Positions 1-10,024 are shown, counted from the first letter of the stretch. The stretch: 32,000 bases of DNA from Candidatus Saccharimonadota bacterium (GCA_022843095.1 JALHOH010000002.1:390001-422000); one strand, 5' to 3'. A program made the numbers and translations. The notes: generated by a model not told the origin, from the letters alone.

Positions 1-381
1 GTAAATCCCATCGAAGGTACGATGGAAAAGGTCGTATCGCGCCTGAACCAAATCCAATTCGTAGAACGTCGCCCGATCCATCCCAACACGCGCGCGTGCA
101 AGCCGGATCATTTCGGACGAGCTATCGATGCCGCACACGCGGTATCCACGCTGGACAAATACCTGGGATTTCATCCCCGGCCCGCACCCCAGATCCAGGA
201 TCAACCCGTTTGGCGGGAGCGCGGCCAAAAACAAATCCGCCCCTTCGCGCCACCAATCATCGTTTGCATGATCCCGTTCCCAGTCTTCGGCGATGACGTC
301 GTACGTTTCGCGTGTCAGACGTCGAAGCGCCTCTGGCGCCGTGAGACCCACAGGAAAAAACCGTTTTTCGTCCCCGTTCAT
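1..381 (-). CDS. Class I SAM-dependent methyltransferase, partial (C-terminus lies beyond window start)
   Basis: The reverse-strand ORF is open to the window edge, so it is absent from the ORF track. The ATG is at 381..379 with GGAGG 7 nt upstream. My translation is MNGDEKRFFPVGLTAPEALRRL...GLILDLGCGPGMKSQVFVQRGYRVCGIDSSSEMIRLAR. It contains the glycine-rich SAM-binding motif I (LDLGCGPG) and the acidic motif II (GIDSS). Confidence 0.8.
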   Translation of the reverse strand, partial: MNGDEKRFFPVGLTAPEALRRLTRETYDVIAEDWERDHANDDWWREGADLFLAALPPNGLILDLGCGPGMKSQVFVQRGYRVCGIDSSSEMIRLARARVGMDRATFYELDLVQARYDLFHRTFDGIY

Positions 382-394
382 GAATCTACCTCCC

Positions 395-431
395 ATAAAA
401 AGAGCGTCGCCACTTTGACATGACGACGCTC
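395..431 (-). terminator. Intrinsic terminator after secA
   Basis: On the minus strand an 8-bp perfect stem (424-431 pairs with 402-409, GAGCGUCG/CGACGCUC) encloses a 14-nt loop and is followed by UUUUUAU. It lies about 13 nt after the secA stop. Confidence 0.55.
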
Positions 432-444
432 GCTCGACCAGCCT

Positions 445-3141
445 CTACGCTCCGTGGCACTTCTTGAACTTTTTACCACTTCCGCACGGACATGGATCAT
501 TCCGATCCGTATGGGCGAGTTCTTCCGCGGTAGGCTCACGCATCGTTGCATGCATCGCAGACGGTTCGTTTTCGGATTTTTCCGGCCCCGCAGTCGGGGT
601 CGGCTCTGCGGCTTGGCGCGAGATCTGAACGCGGAACAAGGTATGCGCAACACGCGTCGAAATCGCCGCGAGCAATGCATGGAACATGCGATACGCCTCT
701 TTCTTGTATTCCACCAGCGGATCGCGCTGGCCATAGCCCTGCAATCCAATCCCATGGCGGAGATAATCCATGTTCTCCAGGTGCTCCACCCACAAATCAT
801 CCGTGGCACGGAGCAGCACCACCTTTTCGACTTCTGCCACAATCCCCGGGTCTGCAACCGCCGTCTCAAACTTGGCGTATGTTTCATCCACCATGCCGGA
901 CAACGTTTCCAATAATTCCGTTCGGATCTTTACCAAATCCTCCTTTGATTCTGCGGCAGTGACACGTGTTTTGAGGGTCGTTGCCACTTGCGGGATGACG
1001 GGCAGCATCTGCTCGATCATCTCGCCGACTTTGTCCAACTCCCATTCCGACGGATCTTCACTCGTCGTATGAAGCGCGATCATGCGTTCACATTCTTCCA
1101 TGAACGCCTGTTTCACGAGCGCTTGAAGCGGACGGACCCCTTCAACCGTTGGCTTCGAAGCCACATCCAACAGCTCGCGACGTCGGCGGTAAATCGCCAT
1201 GCGATGCTTGTTCAACACGTCATCGTATTCCAGCAAATGCTTGCGAATATCGAAGTTGTGTCCTTCCACTTTTTTCTGCGCCGCCTCAATGGATTTGGTC
1301 AGCAACCCATTTTCAATCGCTTCATCATCCGGAAGTCCCAGGCGATCCATCATCCCCTTCATGCGATCGCTTCCAAAAATACGCATCAAATCATCCTCCA
1401 TCGAGACGTAGAACTGCGTTTCTCCCGGATCACCCTGACGGCCCGAACGACCGCGTAGCTGGTTATCAATGCGACGTGATTCATGACGTTCCGTCCCGAT
1501 CACGAACAACCCACCCAACGCACGCACTGCTTCGGCTTCGGTTGCGTCCGGCGGATTCCCGCCAAGCAAAATGTCGACCCCACGCCCTGCCATGTTGGTC
1601 GCGACCGTGACCGCACCGCGCCGACCGGCCTGCGCGATAATCTCAGCTTCCCCTGCGTGGTTTTTGGCATTCAAGATGTTGTGCGGAATCCCCTCCATCT
1701 TCAACATCTCCGAAAGCAACTCGTTTTTCTCGATCGACACCGTCCCAACCAGCACTGGCTGGCCTTTTTCATGTCGCTGCTTGATTTCACGCACCACCGC
1801 CTTGAACTTTCCTAATTCATTCTTGTACACGCGGTCACCATGATCGGTGCGCTTGTTCACTCGATTCGTCGGGATCGTCAACACCTCCAATTTGTAGATC
1901 TTGCTGAATTCCTCCGCCTCCGTCGCCGCCGTTCCCGTCATCCCAGACAACTTTTCGTACAACCGGAAATAGTTCTGGAACGTGATCGTTGCCATGGTCA
2001 CCGATTCTTTTTGCACCTTCACCCCCTCTTTCGCCTCAATCGCCTGGTGCAACCCCTCGGAATAACGACGACCCTGCATCAACCGACCGGTAAATTCATC
2101 CACGATGATAATTTCCCCATCCTTCACCACGTAATCACGGTCGAGCTTAAACAACACCTGCGCACGCAACGCCTGTTCCAGGTGGTGCACCAGCTTCATT
2201 CCACCCTGCACGTACAGATTCTCCATCCCGAGCATCTGCTCTACCTTCGTGATCCCTTCATCGGTCAACGTGGCCGCACGCTGTTTTTCGTCCACCTTGT
2301 AGTCGCTTGGTGTCAGCTGCTTCGCGATCTGAGCAAACTTTCCGTACAAATCTTCCGCCTCACGTGCTGGCGCAGAAATGATAAGTGGCGTCCGCGCTTC
2401 ATCAACCAAAATCGAGTCGACTTCGTCGATGATCGTAAAATGCAACGTGCGCTGCACCGTGTCCTCGATGCGTTGCGCCATGTTGTCGCGCAAAAAATCA
2501 AACCCGAATTCATTGTTGGTACCGTAGGTAATGTCTGCCGCGTATGCCTCACGCCGAGACACCGGGCGCAAATAATCCATGTCAACCCGGAAACTCCCGA
2601 TCTCATCGCGATTTTCATCGTGCTGCGGTTCGGTTTTGAACGTCGGATCGTACTGAAAACTCGCCGCATGCTGAATACAGGAAACCGAAAGCCCAAGCGC
2701 ATGATAAATCTGCCCCATCCACACGGCGTCACGACGCGCCAGGTAATCGTTCACCGTGATGACATGCACGCCTTTGCCCGTGAGCGCATTCAAATACACC
2801 GGAGCTGTTGCGGTCAGCGTCTTTCCTTCTCCGGTGCGCATTTCCGCAATCATCCCTTTGTGCAACGCCGCGCCACCGATCAACTGCACGTCAAAATGCC
2901 GTTGACCAAGCGTCCGACGCGCCGCTTCACGCACGGCGGCAAAAGCCTCCGGAAGCAATTGATCCAACGTCGCGCCCTTTTCCAAACGCGCCTTAAAATC
3001 CGCGGTCTTTCCACGCAATCCCTCTTCCGAAAGCGCGGTAAATTCAGGCTCAAGTGCCGTTGCACGATCCACAAGTACCCGCAGCTTCGCCACTTCGCGG
3101 GCATTCGGGTCGCCAAATAGCTTGGTCAGGAAAGACATCAT
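445..3141 (-). CDS. secA: Preprotein translocase ATPase SecA
   Basis: The 906-aa ORF (445..3165) carries several SecA hallmarks:
- the N-terminus [16 protein letters not shown]
- Walker [10 protein letters not shown]
- the DEVDS box
- [10 protein letters not shown]
- the C-terminal zinc-binding tail [15 protein letters not shown]

The ORF-track start at 3165 is a GTG. The tandem ATGs at 3141 and 3138 fit the conserved SecA N-terminus better. Confidence 0.97.
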
Positions 3142-3179
3142 AGGTGGAGGGATGGTACCGGACACACCGGAGAACGTCT

Positions 3180-3203
3180 AGAAAACCCCGGTTTCCCGGG
3201 GCT
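3180..3203 (-). terminator. Intrinsic terminator (usable in both directions) after the 3217..3777 gene
   Basis: The sequence AAAACCCCGG-TTTC-CCGGGGCTTTT has a 6-bp GC stem (3186-3191 / 3196-3201). It is flanked by an A-run and a T-run. Confidence 0.6.
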
Positions 3204-3216
3204 TTTCTGTAAACCG

Positions 3217-3777
3217 TTACTTTGCCTCCCAACATGCCTTGCGCGCCGCGACAAACGATTCCCAGGCGGCCATGCGCGCCTTTGCCCGAACACCCCAGTG
3301 ATCTTGGGTCGCCTTCAGATACGCCGTATGCGCTTCTGCACGCGTTTTCCAGGCAGTCTCGACCGCCGTCACGCGTGTCTTCCAAGCCGCTTCAAGCGCC
3401 GTCACGCGCGCACTCCATGCCGCCTTTTGGCAGGCAGAGAGATCCGCTCCTGTTTTCCCTTCACACGCCTTCATGGCAGCACGGTAGGATTCTTTTGTCG
3501 CTTTCACACTGGTTTCATACGCCTCCACGGCGCCATCATGCGCTTTTCGGTAGGCCTCTTTCGCCGCTTTCCACGTTGCCACCGCCGATGCATGAGCCGT
3601 CTTATACGCCTCCTGCGTCGATTCATTTGCCTTCGCGCGCGCTTCCTGCGCCACCTTCACGCATGCGGCGCGGTCTGCCTTTTTCGGCATGGCGATCTGT
3701 GTATCTTGCGCGAATGCCGGTGACACCAGAAGCAACGAAGCGACGGACAATACTACTGCGGAAACAACGTGTTTCAT
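3217..3777 (-). CDS. Secreted Ala/Lys/Trp-rich helical protein with 11-residue repeats (hypothetical)
   Basis: The 186-aa ORF has a signal peptide MKHVVSAVVLSVASLLLVSPAFA|QD. The mature part is low-complexity and helical. It has an 11-aa periodicity, for example AAWSARVTALE / AAWKTRVTAVE / TAWKTRAEAHT. This is visible in the DNA as a 33-bp repeat of GCCGTCACGCG around 3364 and 3397. Confidence 0.7.
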   Translation of the reverse strand: MKHVVSAVVLSVASLLLVSPAFAQDTQIAMPKKADRAACVKVAQEARAKANESTQEAYKTAHASAVATWKAAKEAYRKAHDGAVEAYETSVKATKESYRAAMKACEGKTGADLSACQKAAWSARVTALEAAWKTRVTAVETAWKTRAEAHTAYLKATQDHWGVRAKARMAAWESFVAARKACWEAK

Positions 3778-3818
3778 ATGAAGAAGAATGAAAAGAATAG
3801 TGCTTCGCCGAACGTACC

Positions 3819-4139
3819 CTACCCGCGTCCCTGCGCCGCTTCCCGCTCGCGCTTGTTCAATTCCGCTAATTCAACACGGAGGTGATCGCGTACTTTATCG
3901 ATCGCTTTGTACAGATCTTCCGCCTCGCGTTCCAACGGCATCGGTTCGCCACCCGTGTGGACCACGACTTTGCAGAAAAAGATATTTCCTTTGTTGTGAT
4001 GCCCGTTCGCGAGCCCAACATCGACATCCAGGTGCCGAATCCCTTCGTAATATTTATCCAACGACAGCATCTTTTCTTCCACATACGACCGGATGGCCGG
4101 CGTAAGTTCAAGCCCCCGGTGCACAATCGAAATGGTCAT
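3819..4139 (-). CDS. hpf: Ribosome hibernation promoting factor / RaiA family, short form
   Basis: The 106-aa product begins MTISIVHRGLELTPAIRSYVEEKMLSLDKYY...FFCKVVVHTGG...EREAEDLYKAIDKVRDHLRVEL. This is the typical sigma-54 modulation protein/S30EA fold signature. There is no C-terminal dimerisation domain. Confidence 0.9.
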   Translation of the reverse strand: MTISIVHRGLELTPAIRSYVEEKMLSLDKYYEGIRHLDVDVGLANGHHNKGNIFFCKVVVHTGGEPMPLEREAEDLYKAIDKVRDHLRVELAELNKREREAAQGRG

Positions 4140-4183
4140 AGTGGTCGGTTAAGACTTACACCTCTAGTGTACCCCCAATGCCA

Positions 4184-5167
4184 TTAAAAACCCAAATATT
4201 GCACCTCGTCTTGCAACTCGATCCCCAAACGATCCCTGACCGCCATCTTGACGCGACTCATAAGCGCAATCACGTCCTGCGCGCGCGAGGGCCCTGTGAT
4301 CACGAAAAAATTTCCGTGCTTTTTACTCACCTCAACCCCGCCCATCCGTTCTCCCAGCATCCCCGCATGATCAATCAACCAACCGGCGGAGATCATCCGG
4401 TTCTTGCGCATCGTCTCCGGAATCTCCACCTCACGCGCGAGCAGATCCAACGCGGATGGATCCTCATACGTAAAATTCTTGAACACGCATCCGCAGCTAG
4501 ATTGATCGAGTGGCTGTTTTTCTTTTCGCATCCGCATGATCTCCTCCATGCGCTGCTTACTGGCAGCCGGATCCGGAGAAGGCGCAAGCACAAGCGTACA
4601 TCCAAGGATCACATGTGGATCGTGTTTAAACCGACTTTCACGATACCCAAACCCACATTCCTCTCGAGAAAGCACGACTCGCGTTCCATCGTGGACACGA
4701 TAAGCCTCCACGGATTCAATCGCGTCTTTCATCTCGCCGCCATAACACCCGGCATTGCCAAAAATCGCGCCGCCGATCGTCCCCGGCACTCCGATTGCCC
4801 ACTCAAACCCGGTGAGTCCACGCTCGACCGATTGTCGCGCGACCATCCCTGTGATCACGCCGGCTTCTGCTCGGACACGTGTGCCTTCAAATTCCAATCC
4901 ACGGAGCGCCATCTGAATCACGACGCCTTCGTAGCCTTCATCTGCGACCAGCAAATTGGAACCACCGCCATACACCACCCACGGAATCTCCAAGCGCGTA
5001 GCCGCCGCGAGCGCCTGCTGCAACGCGTCTGCCGTCGCAACAACCACATACAATCGCGCCGCCCCGCCCAACCGAAAACTGGTGTGCTTTGCCATGGGCT
5101 CCCGTTCCGTCGCGGAAGGGATGCGCGCGCGATACTGCGCGACCTGTGCGTCCGTGAGTGCCGTCAT
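4184..5167 (-). CDS. murB: UDP-N-acetylenolpyruvoylglucosamine reductase
   Basis: The 327-aa product shows the FAD-binding MurB pattern: HTSFRLGGAARLYV, GGGSNLLV, GVPGTIGGAIFGNAGCYGGE and FGYRESRFK. Its start lies 3 nt after the murC stop, which suggests an operon. Confidence 0.95.
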   Translation of the reverse strand: MTALTDAQVAQYRARIPSATEREPMAKHTSFRLGGAARLYVVVATADALQQALAAATRLEIPWVVYGGGSNLLVADEGYEGVVIQMALRGLEFEGTRVRAEAGVITGMVARQSVERGLTGFEWAIGVPGTIGGAIFGNAGCYGGEMKDAIESVEAYRVHDGTRVVLSREECGFGYRESRFKHDPHVILGCTLVLAPSPDPAASKQRMEEIMRMRKEKQPLDQSSCGCVFKNFTYEDPSALDLLAREVEIPETMRKNRMISAGWLIDHAGMLGERMGGVEVSKKHGNFFVITGPSRAQDVIALMSRVKMAVRDRLGIELQDEVQYLGF

Positions 5168-5170
5168 ACG

Positions 5171-6595
5171 TTACGCCAAAATCTCTGGCGCAATGAGATA
5201 CACATCGCCCGCCCCCATCACGATGATCACATCCCCGGGTTTTTTCCAGCGCTTGAGAAGCTCACGCGCATCCGCCGGCGTTGCCGCATATTGCAATGGA
5301 CGCGTCACGGCGCGATCGGCGTCATGATGCAAAATCGCCTCTTCCAAATCCCGCGAAGAAATATCCTGATCCGCGGAATCATCGCGTCCGGCCACGTCGT
5401 AGATCTCGCACAAAAGCAATGCGTCCGCGAGATCGAAACTCGGCACAAATTCTAGAAACAAATGCTTGGTGCGGTTGCGATGGTGAGGCTGAAAACACAG
5501 CACGATGCGACGCCCTGGATAAAATCCTTTTGCCGCGGCAAGCGTTTCGCGCACCGCCGTTGGATGATGGCCGTAATCCGACAGGATCGTGATTTTTTGT
5601 CCGGCGTCCTCTGCGATTTTCTCAAACCGTCGCCAAATGCCCGTGAACTCCGCGAGAACAGAACGGATCGCCTCTGCCGGAGCGGCAAGCAACGTCGCAA
5701 GCGTCGCAGCGCCGGCCGCATTGGAGACGTTCATTTTTCCGGGAACGCCAAGTGTAAATCGTGCGATGTATCCGTGTTCATTCCGCAATCCAAACGCCTG
5801 CTCCGCAGGACGCACGGCATAATCAACCACCTGCACATCCGCATGTGCCCCAAATCCAAAGGTCTTTACCCGAATCCCCCGTGCTTCCAGCGCCCGACGC
5901 TCCTCCCCGATCAGCGAACTCACATTTGCATCATCCGCATTTGCGATCACCATTCCGCGATCCTGCACGCGCGCAAGCAAGGCCCGAAACGCATCGATCA
6001 TGGTCGGGAGATCCGGAAACACGTCGGTATGATCGAGCTCGATATTATTGATCAGCACCGCTTTTGGACGAAACTCCAAAAAATGACGGGCGTATTCATC
6101 TCCTTCAATGACCCACAAATCCTGCGTGCCCAGACGCAAGTTCCCCTCTTCAAACTTGGGCACCTTGCTTCCCACCACCACGGTCGGATTCTTCCCCGCC
6201 TGGGTCAGCATAAGACCAACCAAGGAGGTCGTCGTACTTTTCCCATGTGTCCCCGTCACGAGCACGGTATACGCCGACGCGGTCCATGCGCCCAAAAACT
6301 CAAAATTCGTCATCTCGCGAATTCCTTTTGCACGCGCCGCGATGCGTTCTGGGTTTTGCTCGGGAACGGCGCTCGAATAGATCACCGCATCACACGCCTC
6401 TGGCAGATTCATGGGAGAATGGCCGATGTGAACGGTGATGCCACGGCCCACAAGGGCGCGCGTCTCTTCGGAGTCTTTTGCATCAGATCCGGACACCGTG
6501 ACCCCTGCGTCCACCAATAGTTTTGCCACGGCGGACATGTTGATGCCACCGATCCCAATCAAGTGGGCCCGCGTGATGGATTGCACGTCAAACAT
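5171..6595 (-). CDS. murC: UDP-N-acetylmuramate--L-alanine ligase
   Basis: The product shows the Mur ligase pattern: HLIGIGGINMSAVAKLL..GSD, the P-loop VTGTHGKSTTTSLV, and C-terminal DYGHHPTA. The ORF-track start (GTG at 6655) would run through a terminator hairpin. The ATG at 6595 (MFDVQSITRAHLIGIGG) matches the usual MurC N-terminus. Confidence 0.95.
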   Translation of the reverse strand: MFDVQSITRAHLIGIGGINMSAVAKLLVDAGVTVSGSDAKDSEETRALVGRGITVHIGHSPMNLPEACDAVIYSSAVPEQNPERIAARAKGIREMTNFEFLGAWTASAYTVLVTGTHGKSTTTSLVGLMLTQAGKNPTVVVGSKVPKFEEGNLRLGTQDLWVIEGDEYARHFLEFRPKAVLINNIELDHTDVFPDLPTMIDAFRALLARVQDRGMVIANADDANVSSLIGEERRALEARGIRVKTFGFGAHADVQVVDYAVRPAEQAFGLRNEHGYIARFTLGVPGKMNVSNAAGAATLATLLAAPAEAIRSVLAEFTGIWRRFEKIAEDAGQKITILSDYGHHPTAVRETLAAAKGFYPGRRIVLCFQPHHRNRTKHLFLEFVPSFDLADALLLCEIYDVAGRDDSADQDISSRDLEEAILHHDADRAVTRPLQYAATPADARELLKRWKKPGDVIIVMGAGDVYLIAPEILA

Positions 6596-6633
6596 AGATA
6601 GTTCAAGCGTACGTGGTAGAAGGCTCGTCGTAA

Positions 6634-6661
6634 AGAAAAACCCCCGTGAGACCACAGGGGG
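6634..6661 (-). terminator. Intrinsic terminator after the 6665..7027 gene
   Basis: The minus strand reads CCCCCUGUG-GUCU-CACGGGGG followed by UUUUUCUUU. It starts immediately after the stop at 6665. Confidence 0.6.
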
Positions 6662-6664
6662 ATG

Positions 6665-7027
6665 CTATTCCGCTGCACGATCCACCGAATCGCCGGTCGT
6701 TGCGGGAGACTGATCCGAATCCTCGGTCGTGGCACGCACAGGACGTCCCGTTGGATCAAACCGGTAATCCGGCACTGGGGGATATTCCGGGATCGGCGTC
6801 CCATCGGGTACCCGTGTCCGAATTGCGTGAAGCCACTCCTCTTCGGTGACGCCGCATTCTTTGCCAAGCTCGACAAGAAGCAAGAAGGGCCGATCTACCA
6901 TGCCGTACCCATGATCGCGATAGGTCTTGGCCACCATGGTGTACATGGTCAAGACCGAGCAATACATCTGCCGCTGGATAAAGAACTCCAACATCTTCGC
7001 GGCAGTCAACGGTTCCCGTGTCATCAT
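6665..7027 (-). CDS. Hypothetical protein (about 120 aa) with an acidic, proline-rich tail
   Basis: The in-frame ATGATG at 7027/7024 is preceded by a strong GGAGGTGG Shine-Dalgarno sequence. The product begins [22 protein letters not shown]... and ends in [17 protein letters not shown]...[11 protein letters not shown]. The gene has its own terminator. I recognise no family. Confidence 0.6.
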
Positions 7028-7081
7028 TCCACCTCCACGACGCAAGTGTGGACGACCGTTTTGCCGACTGTCAAGCGTCCT

Positions 7082-7090
7082 TGCTACGCT
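7082..7090 (+). promoter_or_regulatory. Extended -10-like element TGCTACGCT, 6 nt upstream of the glyA ATG (leaderless-type)
   Basis: TGc-TACGCT lies at 7082-7090 and the ATG at 7097. A TTGCCG lies 18 nt upstream as a possible -35. There is no Shine-Dalgarno sequence. Confidence 0.45.
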
Positions 7091-7096
7091 CCGGCT

Positions 7097-8365
7097 ATGA
7101 CCCCACACCTCTCCCACGTCGACCCTGAACTCGGCGCACTCATTGATGCGGAAACCGACCGTCAACGCACGGAACTCGAATGCATCGCCTCGGAGAATTA
7201 CGTCTCCCCAGCCGTGATGGAAGCGCTTGGTTCACCGCTTACCAACAAGTATTCCGAAGGATATCCCGGTAAGCGCTACTACGGCGGTAACCAGATTATT
7301 GATCAGGTCGAAACGCTGGCGATCGAACGCGCAAAGCGTTTGTTTGGCGCAGAGCATGCGAATGTCCAACCGCATGCCGGGGCGCAGGCGAATTTCGCCG
7401 TGTATCTCGCCTTGTGTAACCCAGGAGACACCGTGCTTGCGATGAATCTGTCTCATGGCGGCCATTTAACCCACGGATCCCCCGTGAACTTCAGCGGGAA
7501 GTGGTTTAACATCATCCCCTACGGCGTGCGTGCCGATGACCACCGCGTCGACATGGACGAACTCCGCACCCTCGCACGAACACACAAGCCAAAGCTCATC
7601 ATCGCTGGATTTTCGGCCTATCCGCGCACACTAGACTACGCTGCATTCCGTTCGATCGCTGACGAAGTCGGAGCGTATTTACTGGTCGACATGGCGCATA
7701 TCGCCGGACTTGTTGCAGCAAAATGCTCTCCGGATCCAATCCCGTTCGCTGACGTCGTCACAACCACGACGCATAAAACCCTCCGCGGCCCGCGTGGCGC
7801 CATGATCTTGTGCAAAACACAGGATCGGTTGGATTCGGACGGAAAAAAGACCTTGGCACAAAAAATCGACAGCGGGGTGTTTCCGGGTTCCCAAGGCGGT
7901 CCGCTGGAACATGTGATCGCGGCAAAGGCGGTGGCGCTTCAGGAAGCACTCCATCCATCGTTTGCCGTGTACCAGCGCCAAGTCCTTGCAAATGCGCAGG
8001 CGATGGCTGAGGTCTTTTTGGCGCGTGGCGGACGGCTGGTCAGCGGCGGCACCGACAACCATCTTCTCTTGCTAGACATCTCTCCGCTTGGGGTAAACGG
8101 AAAAGAAATGGAAACGCGTCTGTCCGAGGCAGGCATTTCCGTCAGTCGAAGCACCATCCCGTTCGACACGCGCAAACCCATGGATCCTTCAGGGTTGCGC
8201 TTTGGAACGCCGGCGATCACGACCCGCGGATTTACGGCAGATGCCACGCGTGAACTCGCTGCGATTATCATGGATCTGCTACACTCGGAAGGAAACGCGG
8301 ACATCGCTGCAAACGCAAAATCACGCGTTGCCGAACTGGCCCACGCCTACCCACTTCCCTACTGA
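7097..8365 (+). CDS. glyA: Serine hydroxymethyltransferase
   Basis: The product begins [64 protein letters not shown]. It also has the PLP-lysine region [15 protein letters not shown]. The upstream part of ORF 6662..8365 is non-homologous and overlaps the opposite-strand gene. Confidence 0.97.
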
Positions 8366-8370
8366 TCCCT

Positions 8371-8958
8371 ATGTCCGAACGCATCCCTTCTCGCCGTGAC
8401 GCGCCTTTGGCCATGCCGGGCAAACCACGAAAACGCGTGGATGACCCCGCTGCACGCATGGTGCGCGCCGCATCCATGGCCGCAGAGCTAGAAGAAGCGC
8501 GTCGCGCCAATCAGCCAGGTTCTACGTATGAAACCATCAAACGTCCGGCGATCGTCGGCGAGGTGACGGAAGACGAGCGGGAACGGATGGAGTTCCGCCG
8601 CAAACGAGAAATGTTTACGCGCGGTATCCAATCCCTGACCCTGTTTTATCTCCGTCGAGATGCGGCAGACATGCAAGAACGCAGCCTAGCCGACACCTCG
8701 CTCCACACCGTCACCGAACAGGCACTTACTGATGCCGCAACCGCCACTGGAACCATCGAAACTCCTGATGAAGCGGAGATCAATCGTATTCAAAACGGCG
8801 TTCGCGCATTCGTGACTCGAGACGTTCCAAACGCCGAAGACCTGGATGCCGTGGCCACACGCTATATTCAATTGGTTGAGCAAGAAATTCCACGCCTCCA
8901 AACGGTGGATCGTACAACGCAACAACAAAAAACCGCGCGGACGAAGCGCGCGGCATGA
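8371..8958 (+). CDS. Hypothetical protein (195 aa, highly charged, no TM segment)
   Basis: The ATG lies 6 nt after the glyA stop, so the gene is probably co-transcribed. The protein has a basic N-terminus (PGKPRKRVDD) and a basic C-terminus (QQQKTARTKRAA). I recognise no family. Confidence 0.6.
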   Translation: MSERIPSRRDAPLAMPGKPRKRVDDPAARMVRAASMAAELEEARRANQPGSTYETIKRPAIVGEVTEDERERMEFRRKREMFTRGIQSLTLFYLRRDAADMQERSLADTSLHTVTEQALTDAATATGTIETPDEAEINRIQNGVRAFVTRDVPNAEDLDAVATRYIQLVEQEIPRLQTVDRTTQQQKTARTKRAA

Positions 8959-8973
8959 TCTGCGAGGGGTCAA

Positions 8974-9435
8974 TTACGGGAACGGGCATCCGCTCCACCC
9001 CACCGCGTAGACGAAGGCGGTTGCCTGGATCTCCCAATGGAGATCCAGGTTTTTTTGGAGCAACGACTGGACGGACGGCGTGTGCAACGGATTCCATCCG
9101 TGGGCCAGCTTGATTCCTGCCAACCCGCGCACGAGAACACCCGCACGCGCCTGCTTCGACGCGTCATGAAACTGCTCACGAAGTCCCTGATCCTTGTGGA
9201 TCTGCCGGAGCACCGTCTCGAACGGCTTCTGCCTGGGCGCGCTTGCGACCACGTGGACGAGGATCGCCCCCAACCGTGTGACGATCCGCTCGGGAATCTG
9301 CTCGACCATCCCATCCCGGACAATACATTCCGGGCATGCGTACGCGATGAGTGGCTCGAAACGAACTGGCGATTCCCGCAGGCGAATGAGATCGCCGAGC
9401 GGAATCACCTCTGCTGTTGCGCTATCCTTCGCCAT
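8974..9435 (-). CDS. Hypothetical protein (153 aa)
   Basis: The ATG at 9435 has GGAGG 7 nt upstream. The protein contains a CPEC motif. I recognise no family. Confidence 0.6.
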   Translation of the reverse strand: MAKDSATAEVIPLGDLIRLRESPVRFEPLIAYACPECIVRDGMVEQIPERIVTRLGAILVHVVASAPRQKPFETVLRQIHKDQGLREQFHDASKQARAGVLVRGLAGIKLAHGWNPLHTPSVQSLLQKNLDLHWEIQATAFVYAVGWSGCPFP

Positions 9436-9532
9436 GTAAGGACCTCCGTTCGAAGCACATCAAAAAACACCAGTCTTGTCAACGGTTGACGGATCCCCCA
9501 TCCCTCGCCACGATACGAATAGGAGGTACGCC

Positions 9533-9991
9533 ATGAAGCGCGCAGGACCTTTGACGGTGAATGCCTTAAATGCCCTCGTTCTCGAAGAATTGGGCAGAAT
9601 CAAGGTCAGCGCCATCATGGCGCTCCCAACCGAACGATCCCACCCAGACGAAGCGCCGACGCACCATGTCGGTGTTCTCACGCTAGGAAAGGGCCATTTG
9701 CTGACCTTCATCCGTCTGGATGATGCGTATCAGGTGCGTGGCATCGGTTATAGCGACCACGAGGCACCACATCGACCACCAACGCTCACACGCATCGAAC
9801 GTACGCGTTCCACGTTTCTCGCCAAGCATCCGGAGCTCCAAATGTGGATCGCCACCGATCTGGATGCGCTTGCCCGTTTCGTGGAGGAATCCAAGAAAAA
9901 ATGGGGCGCGGAAGAGATATATGACTCGGTCTACAGCCTGAGTCTCAAACATCTCCTCACCGGACGCGTGTCCGCCATCCTCTTCACCTAA
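9533..9991 (+). CDS. Hypothetical protein (152 aa)
   Basis: An internal ATG at 9533 is preceded by AGGAGG (9521-9526). The gene is divergent from 8974..9435. I recognise no family. Confidence 0.6.
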   Translation: MKRAGPLTVNALNALVLEELGRIKVSAIMALPTERSHPDEAPTHHVGVLTLGKGHLLTFIRLDDAYQVRGIGYSDHEAPHRPPTLTRIERTRSTFLAKHPELQMWIATDLDALARFVEESKKKWGAEEIYDSVYSLSLKHLLTGRVSAILFT

Positions 9992-9994
9992 CGC

Positions 9995-10024
9995 ACGCAC
10001 TCATTCAACGGGTGCGTATTTTTG
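9995..10024 (+). terminator. Possible intrinsic terminator after the 9533..9991 gene
   Basis: ACGCAC-11 nt-GTGCGT is followed by ATTTTTG. It overlaps the 3' end of the convergent gene 10001..10930. Confidence 0.4.

Noticed and set aside
1840-3120. A 426-aa plus-strand ORF, with several shorter ones, antisense to secA.
   Set aside because: It lies entirely within and opposite the strongly supported secA gene. The translation is Arg/His/Leu-rich low-complexity sequence with no motifs. Long antisense ORFs are expected in GC-rich coding sequence.
3182-3203. A near-identical hairpin AAAACCCCGGTT(TC/GC)CCGGGG here and at 29377-29397, as a possible dispersed repeat family.
   Set aside because: There are only two copies. 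Both function plausibly as ordinary intrinsic terminators, and a GC-stem of 6 bp can recur by chance or convergence.
4178-6520. Plus-strand ORFs of 425 aa (4178..5455) and 352 aa (5462..6520) antisense to murB and murC.
   Set aside because: The reasons are the same as for the secA antisense ORF. These are shadow ORFs of well-supported Mur genes, with no start context or recognisable domains.
6662-7096. An N-terminal 145-aa extension of the glyA ORF.
   Set aside because: It has no SHMT homology before [12 protein letters not shown]. The extension overlaps the opposite-strand gene 6665..7027, which has a strong SD and its own terminator.
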